This document shows, one piece after another, positions 1 to 11,779 of a stretch of DNA of 64,000 nucleotides. Every line of letters starts with the position of its first letter. The stretch's first letter is position 1. The stretch covers positions 229,399,566-229,463,565 of the forward strand of contig NC_058135.1 of NCBI RefSeq assembly GCF_016433145.1, in the 5' to 3' direction. The notes beneath the pieces are model-generated. The model searched no databases and was not told the origin of the DNA. It saw only the letters and a list, made by a program, of their open reading frames with translations. The DNA comes from Gracilinanus agilis. Taxonomy: Eukaryota. The position numbers and the translations under genes were made by a program.

Positions 1-1748
1 TAAATAAATAAAGCCTGCTGAATTCCCAGTGAAATCACTGTTACAGTCCCCTAGCTCACTGTGATGGAATCTGTGTATTCTCTTTAAGAGAAAACAGAGC
101 AAACACAGCATGACTGCTCAGTTGAGCAGTCTGTCTGTGGATATTCAAGGCTCTAGATGAAAGGGAATTTTAAGGACCTAAGCAAAACTAGGAGACAGCA
201 AACAAGCACCTATTCAACACTGGGAAGAACAGGACCACCAATAGCCAGATGATCTGAATCAGAAGGTCCCAAGTGAAACAAACCCATCTGACAATAAGGC
301 TAGCCACCAATGAAGCAGAAATTTCCACAAGAGAAAAGGAAGAGATGTGAATGGGGGAAAAAATACAGAAACACTGTGGTTGAGAGACAGAAGAAATTTG
401 TGATGGAAAGAAAGCAGAAGACTGGGGAGACAGGAATGTCATCTGCCAGGGCTCCCTTTCCAATCCCCTCAACAAGGGTTAGGCCTCAAGGGGAAGCTTA
501 GCTGGATGAAGTTTCCTGAGGTCTTCTTTTGTACAGATTTAGCTTCCTGGTCGCCTGAGGGCAAAAAAGGCCCACCCTGGTAGAGTCAGACCCCTTCACA
601 CTGGGCAGATATCCCAAGGCCATGAGTCATACCACTGACCAAATGAATTTCCACATGGAGACAAGAAGGGGGAATTGTCTACCCAAGTTAACTGCTGCAA
701 CATCTTGGGTGAATATCCCTTTCAATGCTAGGGCTAAATAATTTTTTGTTAACTGATGGGATTTGTTAAAAAACAAAACAAAACAAAAAAAAAATCAAAA
801 AACCCTTCATTTTTTCTCTCCTATCAAACCTGAACTAACTGGACTAAACCCACCTTTAACATTTGGAGTCTCTAAAGCTCCCTACAATTCTAACTCTGTG
901 ATTTTATGGTCTGAGGATTCTCCATGTCTGACTTGAACTTTCATGACCAAGGGTGACAGAATAATAGGTCTTTGGTGTAAAGAAGTATCGAGATTCATTT
1001 AGAAACCCAGGCACCAAAGCCGAGACCGAGCCAAGACCAAGCTCCCCCTACATCCAGTGTTTTTTCCATTGTACCACCAGGCTCCCATAAAGAACTTTGC
1101 CAAAAGCCCTCAGACACAGTCACTCTCTTATGAGAAATTCATCATTCGCCACTCCGAGATAATTAGAAATCAGAACATGGAGGAAACCCGTAGACACGAC
1201 ATTGGATTTTACATAGAAGCAGAATTTTTAAAAAGTCAGATTAATCTCTATACATGTTGGGTAGGGGAGAGGGTCTGGAGTGCTAGCATAATTCATTGTC
1301 ATTACTGCCAAGATAATTCTTACGAGACAGATGGTTTTAGTTAGCATGGCCCACGTGTCATGGCCCAAGTCCCACCCAAGCTCAGACAGCAAAGCAGAGC
1401 GTGGCACCTCAGCCAGGTAGGAAAGAAAGGCACATCCTGTAAGGCTTTGGAAGGAGTGCTTGTCTTCCTGCTTGACCCATAAAGGAACACTGCCAAGGAG
1501 ATGCTCCAGAGGGAAACACTACATTTGGGATGCCTGTTCTCTCCAGCACCAGGGCCTGCTCCTTGTCCATCCTGGTTAGAAAGCTCCAGAGTGTGACACA
1601 GATGACATCCACCTTTAGGTGGTCTGAGGTGGGATCCATGGATGTGAAGAATGTGTCTGTGGCTTCAGAGAGTGAATGGAGCAAAGGAGGGGTCATTTCC
1701 CTGCCCTCTGTTCAGTTCTGACATCTGACATTTTAGAAAAGAGATAGA

Positions 1749-1965
1749 GGGGGCAGCTGGGTAGCTCAGTGGATTGAGAGCCAAGCCTAGAGATGGGAGG
1801 TCCTAGGTTCAAATCTGGCCTCAGACACTTCCCAGCTGTGTGACCCTGGGCAAGTCACTCAACCCCCATTGCCTAGCCCTTACTACTCTTCTGCCTTGGG
1901 AGCCAATACACAGTTTTGACTCCAAGATGGAAGGTAAGGGTTTTAGTTTAAAAAAAAAAAAAAAA
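1749..1965 (+). mobile_element. SINE1_Mdo-like SINE, full length with TSD
   Basis: tRNA-like head GGGGCAGCTGGGTAGCTCAGTGGATTGAGAGCC, CORE-type body and poly-A tail. AAAAGAGATAGA flanks both sides. Confidence 0.9.
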
Positions 1966-2132
1966 AAAGAGATAGATAATGTAGGAGGATGAGAAACCAT
2001 GCTCCATGAACAATAGCAGAAGAAACCAAGGTGATCTAGCCTGGAGGAGGGAAGATTTGGGAGGGCCAAGAAAGCTCTCTTAATGATGGGTCTGGTTCTA
2101 TTTGACCCAGAAGGCAGACCAAAGAACAATAA

Positions 2133-2505
2133 TAGGATATTGCCAAGACCTTAGACACATCCTAGCTGTGTGGCAAGTCACTTAAACCCCAATGTCTAGC
2201 CCTTACCACTCTTCTGCCTTGGAACCAATACCTTGGAACCATTGATTCTAAGGCAGAAGGTAAAGGTTAAAAAAAAAAAAAAAAAGGACAGATTTGGGGG
2301 GTAGGGGGACAGCTAGGAAGCTCAGTGGATAGAGAGCCAAGCCTGAAGATAGGAGGTCCTGGGTTCAAATCTGTCTGCAGACACGTCCTCGCTGTGTGAC
2401 CTTGGGCAAGTCATTTACTTCAACTGACTACTTCATACCACTCTTCTGCCTTGGAACCAATACTTAATATCAATTCTAGGACAGAAAGTAAGGGCTTAAA
2501 AAAAA
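2133..2505 (+). mobile_element. Two tandem SINE1_Mdo-like SINEs (first is 5'-truncated)
   Basis: Both carry the gcaagtcactt...ctcttctgccttggaaccaatac...gacagaa motifs and A tails. Confidence 0.8.
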
Positions 2506-2883
2506 TTTTTTTTGGCTTGATATGAGAAAGAACTTTCTAATCATTGGAGCTGTCCAGAGGGCAACAGGTTGCCTCAATGAAGGTAGTAAATTTAATATGC
2601 TACCCATTTCCTTATAAAGAGGCCAAGAACTCAGAAATTGAGAAATACACATATTTTTTGGACATGGTCAGAGTGAGAATGTTTGCTTGACTATATGTGC
2701 TTGTAACAGGGATTTTGTTATTTCTTGCTATCTCAACTGGGGGAAGAGGGAGAATGTATGTCTATAAATAAAATAATTTATTTTAAAAAGGAAGTAAGAT
2801 CCTCGTCTTTGCAAGACTTCAAGTACAACCACTTTTGGAATATGTTGATATATGGAGTTTCTTGTCCAATAATGGATCAGACT

Positions 2884-3080
2884 AAGGGTTCTTAACCTAG
2901 ACTCTGCCCAGTTGTTTAAAAAAACCCTTAATGATTATTATTTCATTGTAATTGGTTTCTTTTGTAGTCTTAAATATTTTATTTTATGCATTCAAAAACA
3001 ATTCTGAGAAGGGGTCCGTCCATAGGCTTCACTAGACTACCAAAGGGGTCTGTGCCATAAAAAGGATTAAGAATTCCTGC
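2884..3080. mobile_element. hAT-Charlie (MER5/MER58-like) non-autonomous MITE
   Basis: Degenerate terminal inverted repeats (TIRs) agggttcttaacct ... ggattaagaattcctg, about 200 bp. Confidence 0.65.
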
Positions 3081-3689
3081 ATTAGACAAATGATATTCAT
3101 TCTGTGATTGTTTAAAAAATAATACTCTGAAGATAAAATATGCAAATAAAAATAGAGAAAAGGAGCAATGAGGCTGAAAACCTTGACAGTTCCCTTTAAA
3201 ATGTCCAGCAGAGTGATTTTTCTGGCTGTGATTCCACATCATGGTGAATTTCTAAGGTGATCTGCGTGATGGAGGGTTTAGGACCCTCCTGGCCTCAACT
3301 TATCCGTTGCAAGCAATGAAAAATAGACCTGAATTGAGGGCAAGGTAATGGAACAATCATGTGAGACTAGGCAATTGCATTCATTGTTGCTGCAGAGGTG
3401 CATTTTAGCTATCATTGGTGGGGAAAGGATCAAAAGCATGATGTTGGAAGAGAATCTCGAGGCTTACATTTTTCCTTTAGCCTTCTCTTACAAACTCTCT
3501 CTAGGACGGGAAACCAGGAGGAAAAAGCACAGATTAGACATGCCCTTTAGACATCCACAAACAAAACCAACCCATCTCACGAGGACTGATGCTGGGTCCT
3601 CCCTGGACTGAAAGCATCCTATGAGCTCACACCCTTCTCCCTTTCCCGATCAGAGGAGGGGCCTTGTGCTGTTTATAACGCCAGGGCCA

Positions 3690-3910
3690 TTCCCAGTCAC
3701 TTGTGTGCTAGGTGGTACAGGCCTGGAGTCAGGAAAACCCAAAGTTCAAATAGGGCCTCAGAAACTTATTAGCTATTTGATCATGGGCAAGTCATTTAAC
3801 TGCTTTTATCTCAGTTTTCTCCACTGTAAAATGGATTTAATGTTAGCACCCACCTCCCAGGGTTGTTGTAAGGATCATAATAGTTGTAGAGCACTTAGTA
3901 CAACCCGGCA
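3690..3910 (+). mobile_element. MIR/CORE-SINE
   Basis: CORE sequence gggcaagtcatttaac...ctcagttttctccactgtaaaatgg. Confidence 0.75.
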
Positions 3911-4671
3911 AACAGTAGACACCATGTAAATGTTTGTACTTTTCCCTCTTAGGCCAAAGAATGGCAGGATCATAGATTTAGAGCTGGAAGGATTTTAGAA
4001 GCCAAGCCCAATCCCCTCATTTCATAGATCCAGGGTCCCAGAGCTGAGCAGTAGATCTGAAATAGGATGGGAATATGCAAGTGCAGCATCCTATCCACTA
4101 TCAGATTTCCTGGGGCAGAGTTTAAGGCTTGATCCTAATGGCATCCTACCAATGGCCCAGGGAGAAAGTGGATGGCAACTTCTACCTGGTGGCTCCCTTG
4201 TATCCCCTTATGAAGAAATGAAATTCTCCCTCCACCTAGGGAAACCAAAATACGCCAGGGAGCTTGTCCCTCTGGTGCCTTCCTTTGCAAACCTCAGAGG
4301 GAATTTAGGGTGACTGGTGACAAGTTGGTTGTTTACAGAATGAAATAAGAAACATTTTTTGGTGGGGAGGGGTGGTGGTAATGGTCCTATGGTTTCATAA
4401 AAGTAGGGAGCTCCCAGTATGGAAACTCCTAAAAATGTAGATTGGCACCTTTTCTGTAATTTATATTCTCAGAGTTTCTTATAGCATTAAAAGGTTAAGT
4501 GACTTGCCCAGGGACACAAAACAATATGTGTTAAGGCTAGACTTTTGAGCGGATTATTTCTAGCTCTATCTACTCTGTTATATTGCCTTTTCGCAGAATG
4601 ACACATAGAATGTTATTTTACTTATAAACATCTGTAAAGAAACACCAAAAGTTGTCTCACACTTTTCTTTT

Positions 4672-4868
4672 TCTTAAACCCCTACCTTCTGTCTTAGAAT
4701 TAATACTGGGCATTGGTTCTAAGGCAGAAGGGGAGTAAGGGCTAGGCAACGGAGGTTAAGTGACTTGCCCAGGGTCACAAAGCTAGGAAGTGTCTGAGGC
4801 CACATTTGAAGCCAGGACCTCCCATCTCTAGGTCTGGCTCTCAATCCACTGAGCCACCCAGCTGCCCC
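4672..4868 (-). mobile_element. SINE1_Mdo-like SINE
   Basis: Reverse complement of the same consensus (aaacccctaccttctgtcttagaat...ccagctgcccc). Confidence 0.88.
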
Positions 4869-4886
4869 CTACTCTTTTATTAAACT

Positions 4887-5096
4887 AGTAGTTCTCAGAG
4901 TGTGATCTGGGAATCTCTAGGGGTCCCTGAGACCTTTTCAGGGGGTCTGAGAGATATTTTTGTTAAAATAACAAATTTTAATATTGCAAGTAATAATATA
5001 ACCAATATGTTTTTTTAGAAAAGCTCTTTGGTAAGGTTCTCAATCATTTTTAAGAGTTTAAAAGGGTCCTGAGGCCAAAATATTTGGGAATCCCTG
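4887..5096. mobile_element. Charlie1-type hAT MITE
   Basis: Ends tagtagttctcagagtgtg ... tttgggaatccctg, with internal gggtccctgagaccttttcaggggg. Confidence 0.6.
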
Positions 5097-5801
5097 TTTT
5101 AAACCAACCAGTTTTCTGCCAAAGAGTAATAAACACTGGTGGTCAAAGGGAAAACACAAGAATTGTTATTTCATGTCTTGGGCACAAGATGGCGCATGGG
5201 TGCTTCATTTCTCCCTCAAACTCAAGGGGAAACTGAGCAGTGCCCAGAGGTCACGGATGCCTCTAAAAGCCCAAGCAGACAGCTCTGCATCTCTCCTCAG
5301 GCCCCGCTCTTGCCCATGGCTCTCCTGCAAACAGAAGGCAGCAGCAGGGATAGGCGGAGTAGGCAGCAGCCCAGGGCACAACATGCAGGAGGTGTAATGA
5401 GGGAGCCCTGAAATGAGTCCTTTTCCTAAGAGTCCTTTCTAATGGGCCCAAATTCTGGGGGCCACGATGGCCAAGAGGTGTTTATTTGGTGCCATCGAGC
5501 TGCCTAGCTAAGAGGAGGACATCCTGTCTTCCCCGGGACGGAGGGAGCGATGCCAGGGGCAGGGCTGCTGGGGGGGAGGCCATTTTCCAACATTCTGTGT
5601 GGCCTTTTTCTAGAGTTTGACTTGGAAATCATTTGATATGTTTCTCTAAGGCGGCCAATGGCTGGTGGGGGGAAGCTTGACTTTGACAGATGGCACTAGG
5701 GGGAAGCAGGCAGGCTGGTTGCTGTCTCTCCTGCAACTGGGCAATGGGCAGGAGCCTACAGTAGCACCACGGCTCTGTGGCCATCTCTGTGGCCCCTTTA
5801 C

Positions 5802-5910
5802 CTCTTTCCGTGCTTTCGGAACAGGCCACGGTCCTGGAGAGCTGACTGTGGAGGCGCTCGATTTCTGCATCCTTCAATGCCAACTGCTCTTGCAGCTGGG
5901 CGATCTCCGC
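5802..5910 (-). CDS. PPFIBP2: Liprin-beta-2 internal coding exon (109 nt): AEIAQLQEQLALKDAEIERLHSQLSRTVACSESTER + G
   Basis: ttgcttcttccag|GCGGAG...GAAAGAG|gtaaag, phase 0/1. It overlaps ORF 5629..5958. Confidence 0.96.
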
Positions 5911-6925
5911 CTGGAAGAAGCAAGGACTCTGGTCAGGGCTCAGAAACAGGGAGCCCACACAGAATGGGCCCCCAGGAGGCAGGGTGAGAGGGCCAAATCC
6001 GTTTCAGCATCTCCTGACTGCCTGCTTTGCTTGGGCTGTGACTCTCCCTGAGTGACCGAAGCAGAAGCTACTGGGGTGGGGGGTGTGTGTGTGTGTGTGG
6101 CACATACCGCCTTCAAACAGCTCTCCTAACCCGTGACTCAGTTAATAAGGTCAGCGACTTGACTTTTTGTATGCTTCAGTCACTGCTTTGTGTACAGGTC
6201 TCTGACTTTCTTGTCCAACCATGGGGACCAAAGCTCAGATCTTCTATCCTCAATGGAGGGGACCAGGGGCTTCCAGAGTGCCAGCATATCCCCATCGGAA
6301 GGAACCAGAGTTCTAGCTAGCTCCCTTTGCCACCTGAATGAATCATGTTTTTGCTAAAGGTAGAAGGAAGAGATGTTCTCCTCTCTGGTAGCAAGGCTGC
6401 TCTGGACACAAATTACGGTGCACTCACTGTGAGTGCATTGGAGACTTAAGACCTGGGTCTGGGCCCCAGTTTTGCTGGTTACTAGCTGTAGGATCAGGGG
6501 AAAGCCAGCTAGTCACTCTAACCCTGGGTTTATTTGCAAAATGGGAATAATAAACCTTGCTCCTGGCGTAGAGTCAAGTCCCTCCACTGATACAAGTACT
6601 CTCTGTAATGTACCACCATAAAGCATTGTCCAGCGACACAGAGAGGCCAAGGATTGGCCCAGGGTCACACACATAAGAAAGGCAGGATGGGAACCAGGGC
6701 TTCTGACGCTAGGATAAACTTTCTAGCCACTGATGACATTGCTTCTCATCCTTTCTATTAATAATTGGTAAAATCTAGAAGAAGGAGAAGGTGACATGGT
6801 CTATCATTTAGTGTCATGTGATTGGGTGATCTTGCTTAGCTGTTTTGGAGAAATATACTTTGTAAGGGGCTTTATTATAGTCTTGTGTCAAAAATAAAAA
6901 TTCAAAAATTTTAAAAAATGTATAA

Positions 6926-7125
6926 GGGGCAGCTAGGTGGCTCAGTGGATAGGGCTAGGCCTAGATATGAGAGATTCTGGGTTCAAATCTTGTCTTAGAG
7001 ATACTTCCTAGCTGGGTGACCCTGGGCAGGTCATTTAACCCCATTTGCCTAGCCCTTACAGCTCTTCTGCCTTAGAACTAATACTTAGTGTTGATTCTAA
7101 GCCAGAAGATAAGGGTTTAAAAAAA
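6926..7125 (+). mobile_element. SINE1_Mdo-like SINE followed by (GT)n
   Basis: Consensus head and tail, with an aaaaaatgt flanking duplication. Confidence 0.85.
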
Positions 7126-7139
7126 ATGTGTGTGTGTGT

Positions 7140-7440
7140 GTATGAACTGATTTAATTCCTTTTAAATAGTCTGACCAGTTAGATAGAATTCATGTACCTA
7201 TACTGAATTTTCTGTGGCATATGGTAGATACTAATTTCTACCAAATTTCTTTCAGATTTCTGGGAAATTTTTGCCAAAAAAGAGGTCAGGCCTTCCTTCA
7301 GTAATTTAAGTTCTTTGATTATCAAATACTGGGCTACTTTGTTTACTTGCTTCTGCCTCTTGCTTATCTAGCCTGTTCCACTGATCTACTTTTCTAGTTT
7401 TTTTTAATCAGTACTAAATGATTTTGGTAACTACTGCTTC
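7140..7440 (-). mobile_element. L1 ORF2 fragment
   Basis: tctagcctgttccactgatctact... is typical L1 antisense sequence. Confidence 0.65.
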
Positions 7441-8712
7441 CCTTGCCCTCCTGCCTCATGCCACCAGAAGTACCAAGTTAACCCACCAGTCTTCCCTTGT
7501 GTGGGTTAAAATGCACCACTAGTAACAGTGTACTGCTTTTTAGCCATTACTAGCCTTCCTACCTCTTCCATGAAAATGACCAAGTCCCCAAAGCGGCTAT
7601 AATAGGGTCAGGGTCCCTTTAAGTAGTAAGAAATACTCTGCCAAGAAGAGATAAATATACTCTTTAACTCAGTGGGATACTTAAAAGATCAAAAATTTCA
7701 TCATTGATGGTGCTTCCTGCACAGACAGAGATTGCAATTCCTCCTGGCCTGAGTAGGGAGTTCCTGGGCCCTTCTCCACTCCCCTACAATGTTAACACCT
7801 TGGAGCCAATGCCCTGGTGATGGATGAGCTTCTATGAGCTAGAATGATCCTAGAAACCCAGACCACCAATGGGGTCATACTCAAGGCCTTTCCAGCCTGT
7901 CAGGACCTGTGAGATCTTGCTTTCTGAGGGCAGCATTCAGGAATGGAGAGCTACCTCCAAGCCAGGATTTTCTCCCTTCAAATTTATTAAAACCAGTTTT
8001 ATTTAAATAAGAGCTCAAATACATTATATAACATTTAAACTAAAAAAAAAAAAGGTGGAAGGTAGGACTTATGGGGAAGATTTTAGGAATGATCATTGCT
8101 TAAAATAACATACATTTATTTTGGAAGGGCCATTTAAAATTTCTGTGTCTCTTATCCCTTGTATAGGGCCTGGTGCATAGTAGTTCTTTAAATGCCTGCT
8201 GTACTAGGCCCCAAAGAAGAGCTCTGAGGATGCACCTCATCTCGCTTCTCAACAGAGGTAAGACAAGGAATATGATGTCAGTCTTTCTGGGTATCTTGCC
8301 TTGAGTAATTTAATTTAAATTTTTCATTTAGGAGGTTCTCTGTGAGGGGCAGAAGATTCACTGGGAAATGTAGGTGATGTCAAAAACAAAAGATATCACT
8401 GAAATTTTATTTTTTAAATAAATAAATGTGTTGATTAAAAATGGGCAAAATGGTATTAATGGTGAAGTCTAATCCCTGCTTCTGTTGGCTGTTTTTGTTC
8501 TCACCTGTATCTCAGGACTCTATAGAAAGCTTGTGGTGCTATTACATGCTATTGGAAAGGGGGAAAAGAACCAGTCATTCCCAGAAAATATTATAAGAGG
8601 GTCAATAGAGGCTTCATATGGCGGTCACATACTGGCCCTCCCCATTTGAGGTCCCTTGGCTCCAGGTGCCAGGACCACTGATCACCTGGATCAGTGGTTT
8701 TTTTTTTTTTAC

Positions 8713-8805
8713 CTTTGTTGCCTTTAGCTTCCATTCATACTGATTTCGCTCACTCTCCAGCTCTTCCACCTTAATTTTAAGATGTTTGAGTTCCTGTAGC
8801 AATTC
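8713..8805 (-). CDS. PPFIBP2: Liprin-beta-2 internal coding exon (93 nt): ELLQELKHLKIKVEELESERNQYEWKLKATK
   Basis: ctcttctactacag|GAATTG...ACAAAG|gtaaaa, phase 0/0. It overlaps ORF 8614..8802. Confidence 0.97.
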
Positions 8806-8811
8806 CTGTAG

Positions 8812-8915
8812 TAGAAGAGATGTAGAGAGATAGAGAAAGGGAAGAGAAGAGGAGACAGAAGGGGAGAGGGAGGGAGAGGGAGAGGGTGAGGAAGAGGGAA
8901 AGAGAAAGAAAAGGG
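8812..8915 (+). repeat. GA-rich purine tract, which forms the extended polypyrimidine tract upstream of the 8805 exon
   Basis: Visible run of about 100 nt of near-pure purines. Confidence 0.9.
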
Positions 8916-11779
8916 TGGGTTAGGTGGCCCAGGTGTGCATTGTCTGACACTAAATTATTCAGGCTCTTGCATAGCCAATGACAGCCATGCTAGGCTGTAC
9001 CTCTTATTTCTGTCTTTTAGAGGCTTTTCCAGTTTATGTGGGGGCAGCTCCCAATTAAGATCTACTGATACCTTTTGTTTTCATATCAAAGTATTTTTGG
9101 GATATAATATTGCCCCCACTTCCTCCAGATTTGAACCCTCCTTTGCATAAGTTGGCTACATAATTTATTAATGGTGAAGCAAATGATAAAGACATAAATC
9201 ATTATTTTCAGTATTATCTAACAAAGAAAAACAGCTAAGTACAACCAAGTGAGTGCCTGACAAGATGTGCACAGATCCCTCTCAAGAGAAGAGAGGTGCT
9301 TTACTGTCTGTTCTCCATTGTCCTGGGACTTTCCAGGCTAGAGCAGACAGTGGCTGTCTCCTCTGCTCCAGAGCTCACCCTTCACGGCTCTTGACAGAGA
9401 GGGAGCTGAGAAGCTTGATGTGTTGCTTTGTGGCTCAGGGCTGAGGCAATCAGGAGACAAGCCTCAAGCTTGAGGTTGTCAGAGGATGGGACAATGATGT
9501 CTGGAGGGACCAGAAGGATGCTGCTTATAAGTAGGAGAGGAATGGAGATGTAAGTGAAGCAGCAGGCAAGGTAAGAGCTATTTGCTCTGCCCCATAGCCA
9601 GGGAACACAGAGTGATAGGGGACTTCTGCCAGAGAGGGCCCCATCCTGGGCACTTCAGGGGAGACAATAAAGGCAATTGAACCTGGGCACCAATCTCCGG
9701 GGCCTTGAAGTCTAGTTGGGAAGACAGGAAGCCAACAGAACGACCCGAGGTAGTGTGGGCTCAGTGCCAGATGAGAAGTACTGCCAGAAAAAGGCTTCAA
9801 GAGGTCTAAAAAAGGGTGAAATCATGGAGGGCTACAATGGTGCAGGGTGCCTGGATGGAAGAGGTGGCACTTGATAATGCTGAATGATTTAGTCCCAAGA
9901 TGCTTCCCTAAAAGAACCCTATAATCCTTCATTCCCAGAATTAGGAGGAATTTACATGTAAGGGCATCTAGTTTAAGCCTGAGCAAGAAATCTCTTCTAT
10001 AATAATTTGCCTGAATATTTCTATCAATGGGCAATGTGTTTCCTACTCAGGGAAACCATTCCTTTTGAAAGAGTTAAGCTCTTTTGAATAATGTGGTCTT
10101 CCCTGCTTTTCAGGGTTATTGTTAGAATCAAATGATATGAAATAATATAGAATGTGTTTATTATCCATGCTATGATTAATGATGAATCGGTACCTGAGGC
10201 TATTATTCCTGGCCTCCTCTTCACTTAGTAATTACTTATACTATTTTCCTTCTATCTACAAGTATACATCGTAAGGTCTAATGCATGCTAAGGACTTAGA
10301 AATGCTTTCTAGTGGATTGACTGGCTTCCATATTATCTGGATTTTACATTTTAGCTGGAAATTTTTCTTCCTTCCCTTCAGTGAAAATACGATTGTTACC
10401 CACACAAAACCCAGTGCAAAAAGAAGAAGCTATATGCACTCTTTAAGTCTGGAAAGAAGCTATTCTTCCATCCCTAATTCCTAAAATACCCAGGGAATTC
10501 TTTTAAGTAGGAAGAAGTTAGATTTGTTGAAGCTCAAATTGACTACCAAGATTAGGGAATGGAAGCAAGGACTTTGTGGTTATTATTGTCTTCCTTTTCC
10601 TCAATGGACAAAGACCCAGCTGAGCAAGTTCTCTTACCTGCCCTTGGGCTACTGTTGAGTTGTTAATAGACACACACCACACAATTAGGGAGAGGCCTTA
10701 GGAAGGACTGCCCAAGCCATGCTAAACGTCAAGGATAACTTTAGATACAAGAATAAAGGATGAAATGGGGCAAGGCAAAGAAAGGAAAATGGCCTCTGGG
10801 CTCTGCCCAGAGTTAACCAGAGGAATGACTGGTACCCAAGGCAGACTCTTGTTAGTAGAATCCAGAAGTCTCTGCAAACTCAAGGCAGCACCAACTCATG
10901 CTTGGATATACTTAGGTATGCTTCATACAGGCAAGCCATCGGGGCTGCTGGCCTGGGGGCTCTCCTGAGGGCTACATTCATCCATGTGGTCCCTGTCCTG
11001 CAACATTCTCTCTTGAATTTGGCTACTGATTTCCAGCTGTAGTCTACACATCTGCTCCTGTAGGTCACTGATCAGATTCACTACTAACTGTAAAAAGGGA
11101 AGAAACAGGAGAGCAAAACCACAGATAGTTAGAGCAGGGCGATCTAGTCCAACCTCCTATTGCTACAGATGAGGAAACTGATGCCCTCTATGAAATAGAG
11201 TTTTTGTTGGGGTTTTCAAGATGGAAAAATAAATAATGGAGTGTTTTCACAGCGAAGAGTTTTTAGTTTACTCTATTTCCAGGATCTGAATAAAAAGCCA
11301 TTATTTTTACCAGTGGGCATAGCTGGGGCATCTTAATTCAATTTAAATTGAATTTAACAAACAGAGTAGCTTAGTGTGCAAGACCCTGTCCTAGGTACTG
11401 AGGGAGAAGCAAGAATGAATACTTTGCACTGATGACATTTGACAAAGTTGAATTCGAGCCAGATGAAATTATGAGACATAAACAAAGAAATTATATCATG
11501 CTTTAAAATGTTATTTCAAGTAAGAACACATCAAATTTGAATACATATTCATAGAAGAGGTGGCTGGCTAATCAGCAGATAGAGAGGGGCTTTGCAGCCA
11601 GGAAGACCTAGGTTTAAGTCCCACTTTGACATATTCTAGCTGTGAGATGCTGGCCAAATTACTTAGTGTCTTCATGACCCAGGAAACTCTCTAAGACTCT
11701 AAATTGTAAAGAAGGTATCTTCATGCAAAATTAGAGGGAGTTTCTTTACCAGAGTTCCCAATATCCTTAAGCCTATTCG

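Noticed and set aside
1409-1721. Overlapping ORFs in a unique GC-moderate segment
   Set aside because: They show no recognisable protein similarity or convincing splice-site pair.
1-5801. Next PPFIBP2 exon (expected DQEIQRLKMGMETL...NEDK-like)
   Set aside because: I scanned the minus strand and found no match. It presumably lies beyond base 1.
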